Part shown: positions 9,977-20,000 of the stretch, piece after piece | Layout: each line of letters starts with the position of its first letter | How positions within the stretch are numbered: the first letter of the stretch is position 1 | Assembly: GCA_008690995.1 (NCBI GenBank) | Contig: VRMN01000003.1 | Span: forward strand, 2,289,886-2,309,885 | Reading direction: 5' to 3' | Source of the DNA: Porphyridium purpureum | Taxonomy: Eukaryota | Length of the DNA stretch: 20,000 nt | Notes under the pieces: model-generated | What the model was told of the DNA's origin: nothing | The model's database searches: none | What the model saw: the letters and a program-made list of their open reading frames with translations, nothing else | Program-made: the position numbers and the translations under genes

Positions 9977-10544
9977 TTATGCAGGTAAAAAAAAGGAGTG
10001 CAAACTGTCTAAGGTCCAAAGTTGCGATTTGTATAGTAAAAGATATCGTTTTAATATAGAAAATATTTTACTATGGATGTCTGTGTCCAAAGTTGACTTT
10101 TCATAGGTAAATGCCAGTGTTTTAGTATGATAAATTGAGCATATAAAACGACCCCAAAATAGTGGTAGCAATGCATTACATGGACATCCCACGTTAGTTG
10201 TGACTAAGCATAGTAAAACAAGCATTTTGCTACCCGAGCATATAAAATTGACATTAAAATGTGATAATATAGACATCACGCTGGACTGAGGACGCAGTGC
10301 TTGTTGAGCGATCGGCGGGTGGTGCGTGAGGCGCGGCGGAGGAGTTGCGCGGGCGGGGCGGAGATGAGGGGCGCTGGCGGGCGCGGGCGGGGAGCGGAGA
10401 GAGGAGGGGCGCCGGCGGGCCGGAGGCGCAGGCGCGCGGGCGCAGTCGTGGGGCGCGTTGAGGCGCGGTTGGAGCGCGGGTCGGCAGGAGAAATGGGATT
10501 GTCTCGGGAAGTAGCGTGGGATCGCGAAGTGCAAAATGGACCTC
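9977..10544 (+). repeat. Dispersed repeat copy A (AT-rich block, GC-rich tail, and first bases ATGGACCTCG of a Sel1-gene paralog)
   Basis: Aligns by eye with 15737-16230 and 16940-17508 (shared gtccaaagttgcgatttgtatagtaaa, aatgcattacat, aagcatagtaaaaca, gctggactgaggac, gggatcgcgaagtgc.aaatggacctcg). Confidence 0.88.
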
Positions 10545-10563
10545 GTTACTCTAGGGTTACTCT
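10545..10563 (+). repeat. Telomere-like tract GTTACTCTAGGGTTACTCT at the 3' end of non-LTR copy 1
   Basis: Read directly; the same junction occurs at 18822-18841. Confidence 0.85.
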
Positions 10564-10623
10564 GAAATCGTTTTACATTATAAATCTAAAGGGCCTAAGC
10601 TCTGTACCTATGTATCAGCAAAG

Positions 10624-13600
10624 TCAGTGCGACTCTGCTTCCGATTCCGAGAGTACCTCGCCTACAAAGAGGCGCCTGCCCGTCTCCAGCCAGTGCTGCG
10701 AGGCAACTGGCAGAGTCGGGCCCGGGTGCCGTAGAAGCACCGCCGCCGCCACCGAGCGGTACACCGCGAGCGACAGCGACCGGTGGAGCGCCGTGCTCGC
10801 CAGCATCTTGCTGACTCCACGGTGCCGCATGTACGCCGCCACCAGAGTCTCCAGAAACGCGGCTCCGCACTGTTCGCGCCGGCCGTACGTGTCCAGAATG
10901 ACCGCCTGGAACGACACGCCAGCAGCGTCGCCGGTGCGCGCAGCAGCCTGGAAGGAGGCCTGCTTGCGACGCGCCGCTGCCGCCAGTGCCGCTCCGTCGG
11001 ACCGCCTGGTGCCGGTGCGGTCGGGCACCACCACCGCCACATCGACCCACGTGCTGTCCACGCGCAGGTCGCCCGGCCGGCGCAAGTCTGCCGCGCGCCG
11101 GGAAGGCGCGCACCGCGCTCCACCGGCAAGCCAGCGCGCGCAAAGGCAACCACGGCGTCGACCACCAGTGCCGTGCCGACCGTACCGCGACGGCCCGGGA
11201 TGGCACTTGAGCGCGTGGTGACCGTGCTGGTCCAGCGCGGCCCCAGACGGCATCCGAGCTGCCCGGAGCGCCGGACACGGACGCCGCGCTGCGTGGCTCA
11301 CAGACAGGCCAGCATGTGCCGCACGGCCGCGCGCCATGCATCTGCGCTCAGCGGCGCGCTTCCGTGCGTGCCGGCCAGCTGCGTGGCAGACGGCATCCCG
11401 AGCCACGCCAGCGCGTGCGGCGAGCTGACGCTGCGACGTCGGTGAAAGTCTGGGTCGGACGGGGCCGGCGCGTGGGACCAATCTGAGCACCATTGTCGAT
11501 AAAAGCGACGGCTCCCACGTGCCTGCGAGTCCAGCAGGGCTTCCACATCTTCGTCTGGCTCCAGGCGCCACTGCGCCACGGCGTGTGCGTCTCCGTCAAA
11601 CCTTCGCCACCACTGCGCGAGCGACGGAGGGTACACGCGTGCGGGCGGGTTGTCCACCACGCGCGCGGCAGCACGACTGCCGGCGGCAAACGCAAACGGC
11701 GCAATGTCTGCCACTGCGGTCAGTCCCAAGCCGCCAAGCGAGCACGGCAGCCGCCACTCGGCCTTGCACGGCTCGCCGACCTCGTGTGCCATCACACCCA
11801 GCGCGCGCGCGACAATGCTGCGCCACGCGCGGTCAAACTCGGCAAAGATGCGAGTCACGACGGGCGGAGGCATGGTGCGCGCCAGGTGCATCAGGCGCTT
11901 TGGCCCGACGCTGCCCCGCAGGAGGTAGAACGCCTCTTCGGGGTGGCTGAGCTTGGCCACCTGCTCCGCCAGCTGGAGCACCTGCGCGCTCGCGTTGGTG
12001 ATCGGCACGAGCGACTCGCCACTGCCGGTAAAGTCGAGCGGCACACCGAGCAGCTGCGCTTGGTCCCACGCCAGACGCGGCAGGTCGGCGAGTCCCGCGG
12101 GCACGACTGCCGTGTGCATTCCGGGAGGCAGTACCAGCTGCGTCTTGGTGCGGTTCACGCACATGCCGTGCACGGCCGCGTCGCTCGAAAAGGCGTCCAG
12201 GAAGCCTTCCAGCTGCGCGAGCGGCCCCACAATGCTGCCGTCGTCCAAGTACCAGAACGACGACAAGCCCGGCGACTCGGTGTCTGCCAGCACCTTGTGC
12301 AGCACCAGCGAGAACAGCAAGGGCCCCAGCGGGTCGCCCTGCTGCACGCCGCACGCGCTGGCCAGCACATGGGCGCCCACTCGCAGCGGAGCCGGATGCG
12401 CGTACGTTGAGCGCACCAGCGGCCACAGCGCGGGGAAACGGCCCTGCACGATGCGCATCAGCGTGGGCCGGTCGACGCAGTTGAACGCGTTCGCAATGTC
12501 GACGAGCAGCACGGCTGTGCCTGGACTCTGCATCGCGGCAGGCGCGTCCCCAGCACCGCGCCTTCGAGCCCGGCCGGGCGTCCCACGCCGTACTGGTCGG
12601 GCCGGAGCGACTCGGCTGCGTCGCTGCCCAGGTGTGCCAGCACCAGCTTGCCCAGCACGCGCCGCAGCAGCTCGCCCACTGCAATCGGTCGGACGCCGCC
12701 GTCCTTCTTCTTGAGCGGGATGAGGCGTGCGTGGCTCCACAGCGCGCCAGCTTGCGGATGCAGACCAACACTGGCGATGCGCTTGAACGCGAGAGCCACG
12801 GCCCCGAGCGCCGTGTCACCCGCCACGGGCGTGCGGATGACCTGCTGCAGCACGCCTATGGACCACCGCGACGGTCCGCACCCGCTGGTGTGCGGAATGG
12901 CCAGAATGGACTTGCGCACCGCCTGCGCGTCCCACGGCACGCGCATGCACTGCAGCTGGTCGATACTGACCGACTCGACTGGTGCGACGAGCGCTGCGTC
13001 GTGGCTGCCGCTGCGAGCCCCTGCCTCTGGATGCAGCTCGCGCAAGCGCGCCAGCACCGAGTCCGTGACGTCGTGCACACCCGCCGACTCGACCAGTCGC
13101 GCCGCGGCGCCAATGTGGTTGGCGCGCACATGCTGCACGATGCGGTGCTCCACGGCCTCTGGTGGTATGGGTCTGAGGTGTTGACCGTCCACCACAGGCA
13201 CCGAGTCGAGCAGTGGCTCGAGCGCATCGGAGCGCCACATCTTGAGCCGCGTCGCCAGGTATCTTGCCCGCGCGCGCGTGCTCTGGCGCTCCATGGGCAG
13301 GCACAGCACCAAAGTCGGAAACACCCACAGCTTTCCGAGCGCGCGGACTTGTGCGGCCTCGGACGCGGCTTCGGCCAGCTCCGTGAGCATGCTGCTGAAC
13401 TCGAGCGCAACGTCCGGCGCAAACTTTGCCGGTACGCGCTTCCACGTGCGCACGCGCAGCCCCAGCACCCAATCTACCGTTTGAAGAATGGTGAGTATGG
13501 GGGCGTCGAGCAGCGGCGACGGCGGATGCGCAGCGGCGTGACGCGCCGTCGACACATGCGTGTCTGCGGCCGTGTCGGAGCCACTGCGAGTGTCGTCGCA

Positions 13601-15171
13601 TGCTCCGCTTTACGCCCGCTCGCTGTTACGGAACTGCACGCGACCGCCGTGCCCTTCAAATCTCGGCACAACGCGCAGGATCCCGGCATCGACTGCGCTG
13701 GTGGCGCACGGACAGCGCAGGCAGCAAGCACATCGCGCCCGCCAGCCCAGCGGCCAGTAACCTCTGAGCGCGTCCGGTGGCACTGCGGCAAGTGTTTCAG
13801 CCGAGTGATTACTGCCCGCCAAGTGCCGCAGCAGCCCAGCTGGCTCGGCCCACGAGGCCTCACAGCCTGCCACGGGGCACGCGTTCCACAGCGCTCGGCA
13901 CGCTGGACACTGGCACGCGTCTTGGGGCTGCACGTCGCGCACCGCCCATCCGCACGCGTTTCGCCTCAAGTGCAGGCTGGACAGAAGCTCGGCACTCGCT
14001 GGCTCCGTCGGATGTGCCGCACGCCAGTGCTTGCCCAGCTGAGCCGCACTCTGGTAGCGTCGCATGCACTCGGCGGCCGGACATGCGTGCGGCGCTTCGA
14101 GCTGCGCCATCCGAGCCACGCTGCGTCGCGAAATGTCAAAGCCCGCCGGACGGAGCATGCGAGCAGAGCTGCGAACAGATGCGCTGTGGCCAAGCACGGC
14201 ATCCCTGACCGCTATGTGTGCGGCAGGCCCCGCACGCTGGCGCGGTCGTCGTGCGGACCGACGTGTGGCGCGACCGTCTGCCGAGTCTGCGACACTGTGC
14301 GGAGATGCCACTGGCGCGTGCGTGGCTGCCAGCACCCTAGAGCTGGAGATGTGCGCATCCACCACCGCACTCTCTCGCGCAGGACCAGCACGCTCACGCA
14401 GTTCCACTGGTCCACCCGGCCGACTTTGTAGCCGGCCTCGCCCAGACGCTCGACGAGCGCGGGGGCGTGCGGGAGCCCATTCCGCGTCGCTTTCCTCACT
14501 TGAGGCTAGAAGACTTGCGCCGCGCGGACCGGGCCCTTCCCACGAGTCAGAAAGTGTCTCACTCATGAGCCCCGAAGGGCGAAGCCGCCGAGGGAGCCGG
14601 AGTCACAGCGTGGACCTCCGGAAGTGCGGGAGCGGCAAACTCTTGGCCGCTGGCACGGCCCACTGCGGAACGGTGGGCGTGGGCCGTCTTGCACTGCATG
14701 CAGCGTGCGCGGTGCTGGTCCCGAGAGTGCGCAGAGCCGCTGAGCGCATGCCATGCTCCACACGGGTCTGCAGCGAGTCCTGCCTCGGCAAGCGCGTCTG
14801 TCGAGACCGCGTGATGCGCCGCCGTGGCACTTGGTTGCGTGGCGCACCATGCTGGCCTCGCGCGCCGCTCGGAACAAGCAGGCCGGAAACGGGCAGCGCA
14901 GCGCCTCGTCCGAGCTTTCGGAACGACTCGAGTCGCCGGCGTCAGAAGTTCCGGCGACCGGTGCATGCTGCACAGCGTCATTCAACAGACAGGCGGCAGT
15001 GCTCAGACCCGCACTGTTCTGCTGCGCGTGCTCAACGCCTCTGTCTACTGCAGACTCTTGCTGCGCTGCTTCCGCCGTCACTCTAGGCACTTCTGCAGCC
15101 GCCCGGGAACGCTTGGGCAAAGTAGCCCGGGACGGAGACACCGTGCGCGATAACGCGGCAGCGGCGGGTCG
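10624..15171 (-). pseudogene. Zinc finger-RT-RLE polyprotein of the CRE-like element, split by several frameshifts
   Basis: Fragments: 14563-15141 (CPFPAC..HATKCH), 13610-14566 (CPAAEC..HWRAAH; CPVAGC..HLAGSNH), 12458-13555 (RT N-terminal part), 11298-~12545 (RT core and thumb), 10624-~11310 (DQHGHHALKC, GRH, RPGD, VDVAV, RRKQ, FQAVILDTYG). The frameshifts may be decay or assembly indels. Confidence 0.85.
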
Positions 15172-15377
15172 CTAGGGTTACAGGCGTTTTTGAGGTACGG
15201 TGGGGCAGATCCTAGGGTAGGGTTTCTCTGCGCATACAGGTACAGCGATTACACTTGATCCAGCAGTACAGTATGTATAGGTTACAGGCGTTTTTGAGGT
15301 AGGGTGGGGCGTAGCGTAGGGTTCCTCACTTCGTGTTGAGGGTGCAGTGAGTACACTGGTCCTAGGGTTACATAGGG
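15172..15377 (+). repeat. Cluster of degenerate telomere-like motifs (CTAGGGTTAC, TAGGGTAGGGTTTCTCT, TAGGGTT) with an internal ~33-bp direct repeat
   Basis: TAGGG(TT) occurs repeatedly; tag(g)gttacaggcgtttttgaggta(c/g)ggtggggc at ~15173 and ~15278. Confidence 0.65.
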
Positions 15378-15409
15378 CGTTTGCACTCGCACTCGCTTGA
15401 AACCTCGTT

Positions 15410-15665
15410 TTATATAGTAAAACGTGGTTGTTTTGATATAAGAAACAGCGAGGTTTTAGTGATTTTTGCATAGTACAATGCCTCTGTTTTAGTAAGAAAA
15501 GTGTGTACTATAAAGGATAATTTATTCGCTATGAGAAACTAAGCATGTAAAAACGACCCAAACATTGCGGTGTAATGCATTGTATTGCCATCCCTAATGG
15601 AGAACGAGGAAGCATATAAAAACGACACTGTTTGGATATCTTACTAGAGCATACGAGAATGCCAT
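15410..15665 (+). repeat. Dispersed repeat copy B (strongly diverged AT-rich block)
   Basis: Collinear motifs tatagtaaaa, tgttttagta, agcat.taaaaacgaccc, gtaatgcatt, catccc, aagcata.aaaac, gagcata. Confidence 0.6.
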
Positions 15666-15736
15666 AGTATTATGATGATGGTGACGGCCAAAGGGACGAG
15701 ATTGACGCAAGGGCGGAGGTGTGTGGGCGATGGTGC

Positions 15737-16230
15737 GTTATACAGGTGGAAAAAAAAGTAGGGCAGATTGTCCAAAGTCCAAAGTTGCGATTTGTATAGT
15801 AAAATGGTATCGTTTTAATATAGAAAAATTTTACTATAGAGGTTCGTGTCCAAAGTTGACTTTTTCATATGTAAATGGCATTGTTTTAGTACGAAAAATT
15901 TAGCATAGAAAGACGACCCCCAAAAATGGGTGGTAATGCATTACATGGGCATCCCGAATTGGCTGTGAATAAGCATAGTAAAACAGTATTAGTTTGCTAT
16001 GGTACCGAGCATGGAAAATTGGCACTGAAATGTCATAAAATGCGCATCAAGCTGGACTGAGGACGAAGTGCCTGTTGCGCGATCAGCGGGTGGTGCGGGC
16101 GGCGGGGTGAGAGACGTGGAGCGCGAACGGTTGGGCGCGGGTTGGCGGGCGCGAACTGAGCGCCAGCGAGCACAGGCGATTCTGGGCGCAGGCGCAGTCG
16201 GGCGGTGGGGCGCAGTGAGGCGTGGGCACG
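15737..16230 (+). repeat. Dispersed repeat copy C
   Basis: Near-collinear with copies A and D. Confidence 0.88.
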
Positions 16231-16760
16231 GGCGCGCGGAGGTACGCGAGTGGTGTCGGGCGGTGGCGTCGCGCGCGTCGGCGGGTAACGACTGGGCAAG
16301 ATTTTGGTTGGCGTCTCGCACGGCACGAGCCAGCACTTGGAGCAAGGCGCGAGGTTGGGGCGCGCAGCAGCTGAGAAATGACACACGGAAGCCATATGGT
16401 AGGTTGATGTTAAAAAACATTAAAAAATTGTTTACTCAAGTATGCTACAAATTTGTCATTCAAAATGGATATTGAATGATAGCCCGTGCTCACGCGCTCA
16501 CAACGATATGCTTTGTATGTGAAACGATGCTTGTATGGCTGAGATATATGACTGTAAGTACCTTTGCAGCGGGTACGCCATTCGCAATGGTGGGTACATG
16601 ATCCGCAGCCATGGGTCCGGCATCCGCATATGCTGAACCCCTCAAATCACGGGTGCCAGCAGAACTTCTACCCTAGAGGTACAGTATCTTCATACTGGGG
16701 ACGCGGTATCCGCTTATGATGGGCATGCCAGCCGCAGCATGTGTACAGTCACGCGAAACA

Positions 16761-16860
16761 TAGTGGGCACGTGATTTGCAGGGTGGGTACGTGATCCGCA
16801 AGGTGGGGACGCGAGCCGCAAGGTGGGTACGCGAGCCGTAAAGTGGGTACGTGATCCGCA
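16761..16860. repeat. 20-bp minisatellite, 5 units (consensus aggtgggtacgtgatccgca)
   Basis: tagtgggcacgtgatttgca / gggtgggtacgtgatccgca / aggtggggacgcgagccgca / aggtgggtacgcgagccgta / aagtgggtacgtgatccgca; related motifs at ~16590 and ~16697. Confidence 0.85.
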
Positions 16861-16939
16861 CGTTGGGTCGAGTCAATAAGGGTACCATAATAAAATGGTG
16901 TTGATTTACTATAAGTGAGTACAACAACGATACTGTACA

Positions 16940-17508
16940 GTTGCACAGGGGAAAAGAAGAGTAGATTGTCCATAGTCCAACGTTGCGTTCTGCATAGTAC
17001 CACGGTATCGTTTTAATATGAAAATAATTTACCATAGCGGTTCGTGTCCATAGTTGCCTTTTTTATAGGTGAATGGCATTGTTTTAGGCTGAAAGATTTA
17101 GCATAGAAAGACGACCCCCAAAATGGGTGGTAATGCATTACATAGGCATCCCGAATTCGCGGTGAATAAGCATAGTAAAACAGTATCATTTTGATATGAT
17201 ACCCGAGCATAGCAAATTACCATTGAAATGTCATAAAATGCGCATCAAGCTGGACTCAGGACAAAGTGCCTGTTGCGCGATCAGCGGGTGGTGCGGGCGG
17301 CGGGGTGAGAGACGTGGAGCGCGAACGGTTGAGGCCATGAGCGGGCGCGAACTGAGCGCAGGCGAACCATGAGCGCCAGTCGAGGCGCAGGCGCGGAGCG
17401 CAGTCGAGCGGTGGGGCGCGTTGGGGCGCGTTGGGGCGTGGGCCGGCAAGGAGAAATGAGATTGTCTTGGGAAGTAGAGTGGGATCGCGAAGTGCGAAAT
17501 GGACCTCG
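16940..17508 (+). repeat. Dispersed repeat copy D, running into the Sel1-repeat gene start
   Basis: Near-collinear with copies A and C. Confidence 0.88.
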
Positions 17509-18676
17509 CTGCAGCGCAGCAGGGTGAAGGAGAAGCCACTTTCACGGAGCATGCGAGCGGCGAGAAGGAGAAGCAAGATTTGCGGCGTACTGCGCCGCCG
17601 CCGCCGAGCAAGCGTGCCGAAAGGAGGCGCAAAATTCGCCGGACAATGTGCCGCGGAGCATGTGCGGCGCGAGGAGGTGCGAGGTGATGTTGCACAACGC
17701 GATGGCGCAGCCGCCGCCGAGCAAGCGCGCCACAAGGAGGCACGGGATTCGCCGCACAACGGGCCAGTGCTGTGGAGCATGCGCGACGCAATGAGATGCG
17801 AAAAGATGTTGCACGACGCGAGGGTGCAGCCGCCGCCGTGCAAGCGCGCCGCTAGGAAGAGGCGCAAGAGCTTGCCGGATAACGCACCGTTGCCGCGGAG
17901 CACGCGCGCCATGAGCAGGTGCGAGATGTCACACAACGCGCCACTGTAACGGAGCAGGCGCACCGCGAGGAGGCGCGAGATTCGGCCGAACAATGCGACG
18001 GCGCCGCCGCCGCCGAGCAAGCGCACCGCGACGCTGCAGACGGCCAGCAACGTGGTCAGATTGTCGAGGACGACGACGGCCTTGCGGAATCGCTGATGTG
18101 GTTACGAGAGATGGCGCTGTTTGGAGACGCGTACGCGTAGGTCAGGCCGGGCCATGTCTATAGCGAGGGTTGGGGCAGGGTGCGCGAGGACGGTCACGCG
18201 GCGGTCGAGTGGTGGCACAAGGCCGCGGAACAGGGGCTTGCAGTGGCGCAGTTTTACTTGGGCTTTCTTTACAAAGGTGGGGATGGTGATCTGCCAAGAA
18301 CGGAAGCGCAGCGGTCGAGGAGTTCCGCAAAGTCGCGGATCATGGCGATACGCGGGCGCCGTTTCTTTTGAGCTTTTGCTGTGACAGCGGGCGGGGCGGT
18401 GCGCCAGAGGACAAGCGCTCAGCGATCGAGTGGCCACGCAAGGCCGCCGAATATGGAGACGCACTGGCACAGTGCGATTTGGGCGCTTCGTTTTCTAATG
18501 AGTCAGGCAGGCTGTGCGAGGACAAGCTCGCGATGGGTTAGTGGTGGCGCAAGGCCACGGAGTAAGGAACCGCAGGGAAGCAATAAAATTTATGCACTTG
18601 CTACCGTATTGGTTAAGGCAGTGTGCGCAAATCCAGACGCGACAGCTGCGCAAGGGATGAGCGCGGGTGCGCTTGA
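17499..18676 (+). pseudogene. Sel1-like repeat (SLR/TPR) protein pseudogene with N-terminal A/E/Q/R-rich repeats
   Basis: SLMWLREMALFGDAYA*, AVEWWHKAAEQGLAVAQFYLGFLYKGGDG, FRKVADHGDTRAPFLL, AIEWPRKAAEYGDALAQCDLG, WWRKATE*G. Multiple stops and frameshifts. Begins MDLAAAQQGEGE. Confidence 0.85.
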
Positions 18677-18690
18677 GCACACGTGAGAAT

Positions 18691-18757
18691 GAGCATGAGT
18701 GAGCACGAGTGAGCACGAGTGAGCACGAGTGAGCACGAGTGAGCACGAGTGAGCACG
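18691..18757. repeat. 10-bp minisatellite (GAGCACGAGT)n, 5 perfect units plus variants
   Basis: Read directly. Confidence 0.95.
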
Positions 18758-18766
18758 GATGATCGC

Positions 18767-18820
18767 ACAGAACACTACTCCAGACGACAGAACACCACCG
18801 AAGACTACAGAACACTACTG
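18767..18820. repeat. 20-bp tandem repeat (acagaacactact...), ~2.7 units, directly abutting the telomere-like tract
   Basis: acagaacactactccagacg / acagaacaccaccgaagact / acagaacactactg. Confidence 0.8.
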
Positions 18821-18821
18821 A

Positions 18822-20000
18822 GGTTACTCTAGGGTTACTCTGAAATCGTTTTACATTATAAATCTAAAGGGCCTAAGCTCTGTACCTATGTATCAGCAAA
18901 GTCAGTGCGACTCTGCTTCCGATTCCGAGAGTACCTCGCCTACAAAGAGGCGCCTGCCCGTCTCCAGCCAGTGCTGCGAGGCAACTGACAGAGTCGGGCC
19001 CGGGTGCCGTAGAAGCACCGCCGCCGCCACCGAGCGGTATACCGCGAGCGACAGCGACCGGTGGAGCGCCGTGCTTGCCAGCATCTGGCTTACTCCACGG
19101 TGCCGCATGTACGCCGCCACCAGAGTCTCCAGAAACGCGGCTCCACACTGTTCGCGCCGGCCGTACGTGTCCAGAATGACCGCCTGGAACGACACGCCAG
19201 CAGCGTCGCCAGTGCGCGCAGCAGCCTGGAAGGAGGCCTGCTTGCGACGCGCCGCTGCCGCGAGTGCCGCTCCGTCGGACCGCCTGGTGCCGGTGCGGTC
19301 GAGGAACGCCTATACATCGTGCGTGCTGTCCGCGCCAGGTCGCCCGGCCAGCGCAAGTCAGCCACGCCGGGAAGGCCTCATATCCGCGGCAAATACAGCG
19401 GCGCGCTCGAGGCAAACCACGGCGTCGACCACCAGTGCGTGCCGACCGTACCGCGACGGCCGAGATAATAACGCGAGCGCGTGGTGACCGTGCTGGTGTA
19501 CCCAATACCAGACGGCTGTGCCCGATGGCGCGGACACGGACGCCGCGCGCTGCGTGGCTCTGAACGAACCGCTGTCGCTGACCACGCCATGCAGCTGCAC
19601 TCGGCGCCTTCCATTGCGATGCCAGCCAGCTGCGTGGCAGACGGCGCATCTGACACGCCAGCGCGGTGCGGCGAGCCCTGACGCCTTTGCGACGTCGGTG
19701 AGGATCTGGGTCGGACGGGGCCGGCGCGTGGGACCAATCTGAGCACAATTGTCGATAAAAGCGACGGCTCCCACGTGCCTGCGAGTCCAGCAGGGCTTCC
19801 ACATCTTCGTCTGGCTCCAAGCGCCACTGCGCCACGGCGTGTGCGTCTCCGTCAAACGTTCGCCACCACTGCGCGAGCGACGGAGGGTACACGCGTGCGG
19901 GCGGGTTGTCCACCACGCGCGCGGCAGCACGACTGCCGGCGGCAAACGCAAACGGCGCAATGTCTGCCACTGCGGTCAGTCCCAAGCCGCCAAGCGAGCA
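18822..20000 (-). mobile_element. CRE-clade non-LTR retrotransposon, copy 2 (3' end; continues beyond the right edge)
   Basis: GGTTACTCTAGGGTTACTCT followed by sequence nearly identical to 10564 onward (3' UTR, RLE C-terminus, post-RT region). Confidence 0.93.

Larger units (their letters stand above)
10545..15171 (-). mobile_element. CRE-clade (SLACS/CRE1/Cnl1/MoTeR-like) RLE-type non-LTR retrotransposon, copy 1
   Basis: N-terminal C2H2 fingers, RT motifs RLIPLKKKDGGVRPIAVGELLRR, VDIANAFNCVDR, GVQQGDPLGPLLFSL, WYLDDG and LGGLGL, and a C-terminal restriction-like endonuclease. The 3' end is shared with copy 2. Confidence 0.92.

Noticed and set aside
10301..15175. Long plus-strand and alternative-frame ORFs (e.g. 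12632-14431, 599 aa)
   Set aside because: Arg/Ala-rich by-products of very high GC content overlapping the CRE polyprotein.
16480..16500. gcccgtgctcacgcgc resembling a Helitron 3' hairpin
   Set aside because: Imperfect stem and no CTRR terminus at the expected distance.
16761..16860. Possible CRISPR array or iterons (also 18691-18820 and 9741-9860)
   Set aside because: Contiguous tandem units without unique spacers, no cas genes, and a eukaryotic context.

Overview
Eukaryotic, repeat-dense window that looks subtelomeric; the host cannot be named from sequence alone. From left to right: (1) 1-4740, the 5' portion of an apparently intact Ty3/Gypsy LTR retrotransposon on the minus strand, with a 297-bp LTR carrying a TATA box and two heat-shock elements, a tRNA-Met-type PBS, gag, an A_AAA_AAC -1 frameshift site, and pol (PR-RT-RH-IN) running off the left edge. 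(2) 6063-~9900, a unit carrying an intronless ~1015-aa protein of unknown function, whose 3' end abuts a telomere-like repeat (TTACTCTAGGG). (3) 10545-15171 and 18822-20000, two copies of a CRE-clade (SLACS/Cnl1/MoTeR-like) restriction-like-endonuclease non-LTR retrotransposon, both ending 3' in GTTACTCTAGGGTTACTCT. (4) Four copies of an AT-rich dispersed block, a decayed Sel1-repeat gene and several minisatellites. All telomere-like junctions have the same polarity (G-rich strand on +), and each lies at the 3' end of a minus-strand unit or at a truncation point. This suggests successive additions onto a chromosome end by a telomere-targeting system that uses an unusual 11-nt repeat.
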